Positions 19,791-29,006 of a DNA stretch of 29,006 bases are shown piece after piece (position 1 is the stretch's first letter; the number at the start of each line of letters is the position of its first letter). The position numbers and the translations under genes were made by a program. The stretch comes from Utricularia gibba (lineage: Eukaryota; Plantae; Magnoliophyta): positions 1 through 29,006 of the forward strand of contig NEEC01000252.1 in assembly GCA_002189035.1 (NCBI GenBank), given 5' to 3'. The notes under the pieces are model-generated. The model made no database searches, had not been told where the DNA came from, and saw only the letters and a list, made by a program, of their open reading frames with translations.

Positions 19791-21412
19791 TCACTTTACT
19801 GTAATTCTCTCATCTTCTTCTCCTCCTGCTGCTGTCGCTGTTGAAACTTGTTCCAAGCTGGGGGTTTGCTGCTGCTGCTGCTGCTGCTGCTGTTTGATAG
19901 GCAATTCTTGCTCTCCGTGGAGTTTGTAGTCATGTTGCTTGCCCCAAACTACGAAATAGAGCCCTATCACGATTACTGTTGCCCAAGCACCCTGCATGCA
20001 CAGTTCACGACCTCTGATCATATGATCCATTTAGCATCAAGTTAGGTAATTTAAGTGGTTGATATTTACCTCCCTAAAAACATTTTCTCGGAAAATATGA
20101 AGGAGCTGAGCACTGCAACAATGATCATGCTGAGAGGGCTGAATGCTGTCACGAAGACGGGGCCTCTCTCTTTCATCACCACTCCTTGTACGTAGTATGT
20201 AATTCCTGAGCAGAACACACCCTGCCAAATTTTCCCAAAGAAGTGAGTCTGCGACCAAGTCAGAGAATTCATGATTGTGCGTTTCTTGGTGTTGGGCGTA
20301 CACTGTAGACTGCAGCGAGAAACTTAGTATCCCATTTGATGGACCAGGCAGCTCGGTTTCCCTTCTCCATCACCAGCGCCACCGCTGATCCTTGTAAGCT
20401 GCCCAACAAGCAAATCCATGCGGTCAAGGACAGCTCTGCTGGATAAGTTTTCAACGTCACCGCCTGCAAATAGTGTTAGCTCAGTGGCTATGAAGACACA
20501 GTATTACGTAAGAGAAGAGTTGGATGAGTGTCTACTTGCAGGATCATGAAAGAAGCCCAACTGATGCATCCAATGGTGATGAAAACAGCTCCTTTGATGG
20601 AATGTTCCAGCGAGATTACCCCTTGCTGTTCAGGATGGGCATGAGAGCTTCCATTTCTAGTCCATGGAAGGCCGATGTCGGGGCCCAGTACCAAGGTCAT
20701 GATCATGGCGCCCGCCACCGTCGCCACCGTCCCAATTATCTTGGCTTGGCTTCGGATGCTCTTTAGCTTCACCTTCTCCAGCCTGCAATCCAAACCCAAT
20801 ATCCTCCTCAAGTTTAGAAGAATTAGGAGTAACATGAGGAGGAGCAAGCAACAAGATGAACCTGAAAGCGAAGGCCATGAGGAAAGTGATAGCTGGAAGA
20901 ACATTGGCCATGGCCGCCGCAAAGGTGGCCGTCGTGTACTTCATGCCAAGAAAGTATAAGTTTTGATCGATCACCGGCCTGATGATCACCTCATCATTAA
21001 CCAACTATTTCAAATTCGAAAAGAACAAAAACATGAACAGGCAAAACGGAGCTGCGTCTCTTACTCGAGGAAACTGAGGAGCATAACTTTTCCGAAAATG
21101 GCGAGCGTCATTCTTGGCCTCACTTTCCTAAAACAAAACAATATGCATGATTACACAGAAATGAACTGGAAACAAAGAAACCCACAATGAGAATAAGTTT
21201 TTCTGCACTAACTTGTCGAAGGCTAAGGCGAAGGGAGCAATAACGATGGTGGCGACTACGTGGCGATAAACAACGAACACGTAGTTGCTCATTCCATCGT
21301 TGAGAGCAGCTTTGGAGATGATATCCATTCCAGCGTACCCAGCTTGCAAGAAGACCATGGCCAAGAAGGGTTTGGCCTTCTGAAGCAACACCAATACCCC
21401 GTTTCCACACAT
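19791..21412 (-). CDS. WAT1-related / UMAMIT (nodulin MtN21, EamA) amino-acid transporter, UMAMIT12-like. Exons 21412-21213, 21127-21065, 20978-20862, 20782-20536, 20463-20302, 20221-20070, 19991-19791
   Basis: KPFLAMVFLQAGYAGMDIISKAALNDGMS.YVFVVYRH, EPVIDQNLYFLGMKYTTATFA, GPVFVTAFSPL, GLYFVVWGK. Canonical 7-exon layout. The last exon needs one extra G at 19982-19984 to read RVLGATVIVIG. Confidence 0.93.
19867..19892 (-). repeat. (CAG)8CAA repeat encoding Q9 in the UMAMIT C-terminal tail
   Basis: Plus strand (TGC)n; translation IKQQQQQQQQQTP. Confidence 0.95.
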
Positions 21413-21481
21413 CTTGGTCTCTCCCTCTCTTTATCTTCTGTGAAGGGCAAATAGTCTTTTGCATCATATAACAAGTCCCTC

Positions 21482-21489
21482 TATTTATA
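21482..21489 (-). promoter_or_regulatory. TATA box of the UMAMIT gene
   Basis: TATAAATA about 70 nt upstream of the ATG, with CCAAT at 21571-21567. Confidence 0.6.
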
Positions 21490-23980
21490 AGCATGTCAAC
21501 CTGCAGCAATAAAGCAAAAGCATGTCTCTTTTTAATAAAACATTTCGATGACTCTATTGTATTATGGATTGGCAATCGCATTTTTCTTCTGAACAAAGAC
21601 GTCACCACACCATCTTCCTCAGTCCTTTGAATCTCACACGCCTTCTTCAAGGTGTGCAGTTACATTAGCACTCACTTGAGAGCTAAAAACTAAACTGACA
21701 TCCTCAATTCATCTAAACCCAACTCACAATCTTACGTAGCATATGATGACTAATGACCGGTTAGTGTTCTTTATATTTTTCTGTAACCCGCAAGATAGTT
21801 TTTTTCTAGGGGATGTGCAAAAAATACTCGCTGTTAGCAACTACTTTTTGTCGGCAGAATGAGATGAAAGGGTCTCGGTGATGGACATGAAGCACACGAG
21901 AGCTTTGTCGTCATGTATGGCGTAAGTGTAGAACCACTTTTCATTTTATTATTTCATATCCGTAGAATCATATGGTGGTTTCTGCATTGGAAGCGCACCA
22001 AGGGCTGGTTGCTAAATGGAATCCCAGTGTTGGAGCCATTCAGCGCTGTAGTCCCCTTCCAGGTAGACTATTTTTGTGGAAGAAAGTAAAGGTTCAGAAG
22101 AGATGCACAATTCCAGTTGAACTACTCACGTGGATATGCTTCAAATACCACAGAAGATGACATCATCATCGTGCCATAATTCATTCACTCACACTCAGAG
22201 TCCCTGATTCCACCAGAAGGTAAACTTTTTCTGATTAAGAAAGTGGGACTAATGATGCTTATCGAGAAGCACAAGCAACCAACCCGGCTGATGAAAAGGT
22301 ATCTTTTTTTCAATTTTTTCTTGTTTTCTGGCCGCTTGGAAGACTGCATGGTGGTAATTTACATGTATTTGGCTTATGAACCGGTCTGGGGTCTCTGCCT
22401 TGCTTCTTACCCAGCTCATCCTCGACAGTCAACACTTCAAAGCATTTGATCAGCAATGGGGTGAAGGAGTAGCATATGCGTGTCGCTATGGCTGGTGTCT
22501 TTCGGTTGATAAGAAGCTGATGCATCCAGGCACCACCAAAAGCATGTCACTTTACCACAGCAGCAGACACGAACAAGAACTGGGGGAGTTGCGTTGCGTG
22601 CGATAAGTCTGAGTTTCAGAATCTTCACCACGTTGGTTTTTTTCAACACTCAGGGAAGGGATTGCTGGGCACGGATTATGCGTCCAACAAGTCCACACAT
22701 GAACAGGGTGAAGGTTAAGAAAAAAAAGAAAAAGCCGTGTTCTCGAGTGGCAGTAACACATGCAGGTTAAACCTGTAAAAAGAAAAGTTCATGAAGGATT
22801 TGGCTGTTGCAATTGGTAATCTGATGCCAAGTTCAACTGGAAATGTGTGTTGCATCATGTCACACGTCCCGTTTCATGTTCCTGAATTATTAAAAGGGAG
22901 ACGATTGCAAGGGCCCTGCGCTGTGCCCCAAAGATTTCTCATTTCCCACTACCATAGACAAACCATGTTGGAACAGATCAAATCCATCCCAAAGTCTAAA
23001 GCTAAAGTGATTGTTTTTTTTTTTCGACATCAATAATTCAACTCCATCATCATCTTATTGGACGGCCCTGAGAAATGGAAAAGGAATCGTCATGCCCTGG
23101 AACACCAAAATTGTACACAAAACAAATCTCTAGAAAGAGATCCAAAGCACACATTGCTGTGGCAGCAGGGAAAGCATTACTTGATAAGTGATCAAACGAG
23201 GATCCAGGCGTATGGAACACACGCAATCCAGAACTAAGGAAAAGAAAAAGAGGAATCCAATTGAGTTGATTCCTCAGGCTTGGACTGGGTTTGTTTCATG
23301 CCTCAACCAATTGAGAAGACCACCGCATCATCATTCGAGATCAGTATGAGTTGCTGCTGCATGCACCAAATATTCCGGTCACAAATGCCCTGAAAAAAAA
23401 GAAAAAAAACTGTTCCTTATTCATGGGAACAGCCTGGAATGGGTGACAGAACCAGCGAGAGAACAGGAAAAAGTAGGGAGCCAAAAGACCCGTCCCAAGA
23501 TCATTTTTTTATCAACGCATTAGTTTCAAAAAATAATGAGCATCACACGCCCTTTACAGTGAAAAAGTGCATAACTAAGCAACACAATACTCTCACCCTC
23601 TCCTACAACAACCAGAATGAAATAGTATTTAATCGTGGAGATGACATGCCAGACGCACCTTTCAGAATTGGAACAGACCATTTACCAAATCCATCCATGA
23701 TAGCCGACTCATCCAGTTTTTTGCTTGTTGACTTTCATTATAGGATCTTAGCTAATCTGCATGTTGTAAGTTCACGAACACCAAATTACTATCATACCTT
23801 ATATATGGGCTATGCATTGTGTTTTATAGCAGAGAAAGAAAAATGACACAATGGTTACATGGAAAACCTGAAGGGAAAAAATAGTGAGTTGGAAATGCCA
23901 TCAAAACCTGAAAAAGTTCAAGAGATTACATAATACACAAGACATTATAGAATACACTCATATTGAGGCCACCAAATTAC

Positions 23981-24060
23981 TAAACCTTGAACCCTAAAAC
24001 CTAAACCCTGAACCTTGAACCCTAAACCCTAAACCCTAAACCCTAAACCCTAAACCCTAA
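23981..24060. repeat. Interstitial telomeric repeat, Arabidopsis-type (CCCTAAA/TTTAGGG), about 11.4 units
   Basis: Units TAAACCT TGAACCC TAAAACC TAAACCC TGAACCT TGAACCC, then five perfect TAAACCC plus TAA. Confidence 0.95.
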
Positions 24061-24176
24061 TCTTGCATGAGGCCCTTGCCCCAGAAGGGGAGAACGTAAA
24101 ACCATGAGGGTTGGGTGCCCAAAACGGACAATATCGTGTAAGACGAGTATGGGTCGTGACAAATGGTATCAAAGCC
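24061..24176 (+). mobile_element. LTR 3' end plus tRNA-Met primer-binding site
   Basis: ...CCCAAAACGGACAATATC...GGGTCGTGACA (ends 24161), then AA and TGGTATCAAAGCC (24164-24176, one mismatch to TGGTATCAGAGC). Confidence 0.8.
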
Positions 24177-27024
24177 AGGTTGTGTCAAGGGCTAGGAACA
24201 GGAATAGGAAACTCGCTCCCCTTGCTGCCCCACTGCTGCTAGGTATGATAGGAGAGAGTACATGTTGATTCTAATCGTGAGCATTTTGCTAGATGAACAA
24301 GAGATGGGGACTTGGTATGGGAGTTAGCTCAATGAGTGGTGAGTGTATTGATACTGAGGAAGAGAGCTCGTGCAGTTAAGTGTTCGTACATAGATTGTGC
24401 CTACAGGGATTTTTGAGTCCTAGTGGAGGTGGGCTCGTGATTGGCATGGGAAACGCCATGAGTGGAGATTGATAGTAGCACGTGCAACAAGAGCTATACA
24501 CCCTCAAAGGGTGAGCTGAAGCCAACACACCACATGGAACATGGAAGGATGGGTATTCTTGTGAAAGCATGACACTAATAGAGAATGGAGATGTCATTGA
24601 TGGACATACAAGGAAGTTTGGGCGACATGGTATCTCGGTGAGCATATGTTCAGTATTGGGGGCAGATTATTTCGATGGTGCAACAAATACAGTTGGTTAG
24701 CAAAGGTGTGGGCAATGAGCAATCTACGAAAGGGCATAGCAATGAGATATAGCAATGAGAGGAGTGATTTCAACTCTAAGAGTGTCTTCTCTTCAGAACT
24801 TGAGTTAAGGGCACGAAGTCAAGGGCTACCATGGCATGAGATGCTTGCGATAAAATGCACGGGACAAGGTGTACCACACACGAGCCCCAAATAAGAGAAC
24901 ACAGGAAACGACTATGGGGAGCAACGACGGTGCCGCATGGTAAAAGTAGGAGGTATGGAATCAAGCATGTGCAATCTTGTAAGCGCATACATGCATGGTG
25001 ACACACCGATGAGTATGGGAAGAGCTCGAAAATAATCCTAGGGAGGTAGTGGGTGCGGTATGACATATGTCGAATCAGTGATGTGAAGGAGGTAGGGGAA
25101 CTAACGAGTAGACACACTACATATACTCAGCGTGAGCACAAGGATGGGAGGGAATGGAGGAGCAGGTGATTGAACGTGTGACTAGAGCATCCAAAGTGAC
25201 TTAGGAAGCAACATGGGCGGCAATGATGGGTGCCCTCGGGGAGTGCAACGATATCCTTTTTGTGGAACACTCTAGATTTGCACCAAGGAGGAGGTCGTGT
25301 GGAAATCAAATATAGGAGGACATGAGGGTCACCTCAAGGTACTATGCGAGATGATGCTAGCTTAGTCTGAGGATGGACGCAGCTAGAGGATATCTAGGAG
25401 AATGGACTCCCAAGGTTGGGAGATGGTCATACAAAAGCACTCACGTTAATGGAATCAACGAGGTGACGGGGTGGCACATAAACTAGTGGGAGACCGAATA
25501 TGGTGATCATAGACATCAGCCCCTTGGATACACCTTGAACTAATGTTGGACCAGCAACGTGGTCGAGCACTCCAAGATGAATGTGGAATTCAGGCACTAG
25601 CCACCTCAAGAAGTGGGAGAACATGACTACAAGGCCACCTTGAGTGTACACTGTGTACACCATGGTGTAGGCGGGATATATGAGCTTGGTAGTAAACTGT
25701 GAGATGGTGGATGGCACTAAGAAGGCAATAGGGTGGAAGCACAAGGATGCAAGCAATCACTAAGACAAAGTTGCAAGACCAGTTTCGTTCAAGGTAGTGT
25801 CTATGCCAAGGAAGGTCGTGGGGAAACAACTAATACCCCCAGGCGTGATCGACAACCAGCATCAAGGGAACTTCTCCTAGGAAAAAGGATGTGGCAAGGT
25901 TAGGGCGACCAGCTAAGGACTTCATAACAACCAAGTAGAGTAGCAACGAAGATGGATGAACTGAGTGAGGTTAGACAAGCGGGACGAGCTATGCATGGGC
26001 ACGGGGCAGGAATAGTGAGGAGAACGACAGCAATACATAAATGACTCCAAGGTTAAGGGATCGTGGGTAGGTAGGAGCTAGATAGTACTTGGGAAGAATA
26101 CATGATGCAGTAAGGGAATGGTTAAGAAGTTGACAGCACATGAAACCTAGAATTGATCCAGGGCTACTACAAGAATTGAGATGCTAGGCATGAAGGAACT
26201 AGGGATGCGATGGAAAAGAATGCATATACATGCCTTGCAGCCTTGAGTACACCCTGGTAGGAACGAGGCATACGTGGACAAGGACAAGACCATCGATGTG
26301 TGAGGGTGAGCATATTGAAGCCCTCGCCTAGAAGAGCAATCAGGAAAAGCAGCAAGGCACTAGAGGACTCGTCATGGACGAAGCTGACATGAAGAGGCGT
26401 ATGGCTTGTGTAAGGTGATATACACTATGTGGAGCCAGCATCTAGCGTTATACAAATGGTACCCGTACATAAAGGCGTTAGGGCTTGAATTGATCATGCC
26501 CAAGAGAATGATGGCTCAAGTTCCTCGAGAAAGAGAGACAGTGGAAATCGGCGACGCTGGTGAGTAGAGTATGTGGGGGATGACGTAGTCAAGTGGCCAT
26601 AATCCCCATGGGAGTGATTTTGGTGAGGTGAAGAAGTTCTGACATGTAAGGGAATGAGGCTCCCAAGACCTTGTGAGGGCGATGTATAACCAGCATGACG
26701 ATTGATCAAACTACTAACGAGTAGGAGCAGTGAAGCATGGTGCAACACAAGGAGGTTGCACAACCAAGATGTGTTCATCGTAGAAGGCCACCAGATGTGG
26801 GGAGCGAAGCCAGTGAGTATGGCGAAGTGACAAGTAACACTTTCAAGGGACAAAGGCGAGACCTAAGCCTAGTAAGGAGTGTAAGGAACGATGAACTATA
26901 GCGATAGACAGCAGAGCGGCAATACTGACGAATCAGCCAGAGGGTAATAGTTGTGTTAGGTGTGGAGAATGAATTGTGATGCCATGTTGACGCTTGGGGA
27001 CGAAGCGTCTTAAGAGAGGGAGAT
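24164..27024 (+). mobile_element. Highly degenerate Ty3/Gypsy (chromovirus/Tekay-like) internal region with no intact ORF
   Basis: Bounded by the PBS and by a PPT (AAGAGAGGGAGA, about 27012-27023). Weak nucleotide-level remnants of protease (about 25450-25490, VNG..DTGATHN-like) and RT (26145-26173, KLDLRSGYY-like). The pol similarity is faint and judged by eye. Confidence 0.5.
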
Positions 27025-27216
27025 TGTAATACCCTGAACCGAATCCGCAACAAGGTGACTAGGACAAGAGCTATGAGTTGGTGAGAGACATGGACCATAG
27101 GTGACCATGGCTGGCCCGATGAAGAATATAGAGTATCAGGTCACGAAAGTTCTGCCCACGGGCTCAAATAGGGCCTAATAGGGTTAATTAAGGGTATAAA
27201 TAGGGGGAATAAGACA

Positions 27217-28607
27217 TGATAAACGGAAATTTCCTAATGTCGTTGCAAAAATAGAAATTTCGTTATCAAATAAATTTATAAGCCCTAATCTACATAAAAT
27301 ACAAATTTAGAAAACTTGCATAGTGGATTTCGGGATTGATCACGAGAAGCTTGTGCTTGCTAAGTGTTTTAGTAAATGCATAGTTCGGAATAATAGTAAG
27401 TCTTAGTCGAAGCTCGGACCAATAGTGGTAAACAAGTTCAGTAAACAAGATCAGTAAACAATATCAGGTCTGAATGCTAAAGGTAACAAGGACTGGTTCT
27501 AACTCAAAATAATACGAAGATGCCTTAAGGATCTGCCGGTGGTGTGGTGCTAAAATGTCTAACTTAAATTACCATGTTCCTACATTCACAACTTCAAATA
27601 AACTAAGTCTACCCAGGTCATTTGCCATATTTTCGGCTAAGCTAGTCCTGCCATCACCAACATTACAATTAGGTCTACCCGCATGCAAAGTGTATAGAAC
27701 TAGGTTTACCTGGTTCTACTGGTTCTACCCTGGACTAACACTTACTATGGCCGCCTTGATTTATTAGTCTATCTCTAAACCAAGCTTCTTAGTTGCGAAG
27801 TCACTTGTTTCTCTCCTTAGTCTACCCATGGAATGATAGAAACAAGAACTAAGTAACAATACTTAATTTTATTAAGAATTCTAGACCCACACCACCATGC
27901 TTCACCTCAAGACATTCCTAAAGCTTTAGCTACTCATATTTGGAAGGTAAAAAGTAATGACATTAACATAAAACAACGAAAATGTCAAGAACATCGTGAA
28001 AGAGTTGGTTGCAGAAACTGAAAACATCAACAAACGAAAATAAAGCAGTAAGAGTTCTGGTTCCCGTCTGCTACTGTTCCCTGGCCAGAACAATAGCGCT
28101 GGACTGGGCTCTGATGCTGTTCTTGAGGATGAAGTTCTTCTTCTCCTCTCCTGGTTCAATACTCGTCGTGTTGGGGGAGAAGACCCCTCCTCGGGTCTGC
28201 CTCGTTTCTCTTCCTTGTCCCCCCTCCAAAAAATATCTTCAATCTTTTTTCCATTTTTCAAAATCAGTCTACTGCTCTTGACATCTGTACTGTCCTGGCT
28301 TAAACCTGCAGACTGGGACGGCCGAACAGTGCATTATGTCTCCTCTTTTAATGCTGCCCATTCTTCCAAATCTCTACATGCACAAAATTCATGTCTCATC
28401 CTTGATTTTAGAACTTTGTTGCTGGATTAGAAAAATGTTAATAATATGGGATGTGCTAAATCAAAGGATTTGGCCCATTAACACATAAAATCATATTATG
28501 TCCTAAAATTTGGTAAAAATACTAAAAACTATAAGATAAACACTTAAAACATGATTCAAAAGCATAATTTTCTTACTCTAATAAATAGGAAAATTCATGT
28601 GTTATCA
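27217..28607 (-). mobile_element. Solo LTR (1391 bp), Athila-like, inserted in opposite orientation
   Basis: On the minus strand it starts TGATAACAC and ends CCGTTTATCA (TGATAA/TTATCA terminal inverted repeat). Flanks are AGACA (27212-27216) and AGACC (28608-28612), a 5-bp TSD with one mismatch. No PBS, PPT or coding sequence. The lineage call is from memory of terminal sequences. Confidence 0.75.
27428..27467. repeat. 13-bp tandem repeat x3 inside the solo LTR
   Basis: gtaaacaagttca gtaaacaagatca gtaaacaatatca. Confidence 0.9.
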
Positions 28608-29006
28608 AGACCCTTGTGTAGGGGGATTAGGCTGGAGAGGAAGGGAGGCAGCCACCAAGGGGGAGAAGAGAGAACCCATACAAGGGAAGGTCAAGGCTGA
28701 TGGTCATGAGGATGCTGAATTGCGTAGCTGGATGGGTACTTCTAGGCTCGGGACAAGGCTGGTTGAGATGCACATGGAGAGAGGAGAACTGAATGGCGAA
28801 GGATTTGTGATGGGATAGATGTGTGGTGACAACAACAGCATGGAAGGCGATCCGATGAGCAGTGGAGGATGAAAGGTAAGGGCTTTACGGTAGAATTGTG
28901 ATGAGTTTTGGTTGAAGCTAACCCTCGGTTGTGAGAGATATGGTACCTTGATACTTAAGTCCTCGCTGCGTGATCGAGGGACTATGAGCTATGTGCGGGA
29001 TTGGGG

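Larger units (their letters stand above)
27025..29006 (+). mobile_element. Gypsy 3' LTR, interrupted at 27217-28607 and running off the window
   Basis: Starts TGTAATACCC right after the PPT, with TATAAATA near 27195. Purine-rich sequence resumes at 28613. Confidence 0.65.

Noticed and set aside
20000-20030. Alternative in-phase acceptor (ATCAG|A) that would rescue the last UMAMIT exon
   Set aside because: It would need an intron of only about 55 nt and would insert non-homologous residues. A missing G explains it better.
23251-23276. GAGGAATC...GATTCCTC hairpin, and miRNA precursor search in 21.6-23.9 kb
   Set aside because: Only an 8-bp stem. No long fold-back or known mature miRNA sequence was recognised.
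24376-27098. Many 60-119 aa minus-strand ORFs in the Gypsy interior
   Set aside because: Chance antisense ORFs in purine-skewed decayed TE sequence, with no domain motifs.
1-29006. CRISPR arrays, operons, defence systems, tRNA or rRNA genes, or a biosynthetic gene cluster
   Set aside because: The sequence is eukaryotic. There are no repeat-spacer arrays or structural RNA signatures, and the six genes are functionally unrelated.

Overview
Plant (angiosperm) nuclear genomic DNA, judged from GT-AG introns, TTTAGGG telomere units and plant-specific gene families. The species cannot be determined. Positions 1-21.5 kb are gene-dense, with six intron-containing genes: a 5'-partial P-type PPR gene with an SMR-like tail (+), an RS2Z SR splicing factor (-), a MINPP1-type inositol polyphosphate phosphatase (-), a TRM/DUF4378 gene (-), RPL23A (+) and a WAT1/UMAMIT transporter (-). 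An old, internally deleted Copia element lies between RPL23A and UMAMIT. An 80-bp interstitial telomere-repeat array at 23981-24060 marks an abrupt switch to an LTR-retrotransposon block: a decayed Gypsy-like element whose 3' LTR carries an Athila-like solo LTR. Single-base indels, mostly in short homopolymers, break three genes and are probably assembly errors. I found no convincing new multi-gene system. The best leads are small regulatory or structural features: the telomere/LTR junction, a duplicated G-rich motif in the RS2Z poison segment, a uORF relay in the TRM leader, and out-of-frame ER-targeting signals in MINPP1. Family assignments come from remembered motifs; no searches were run.
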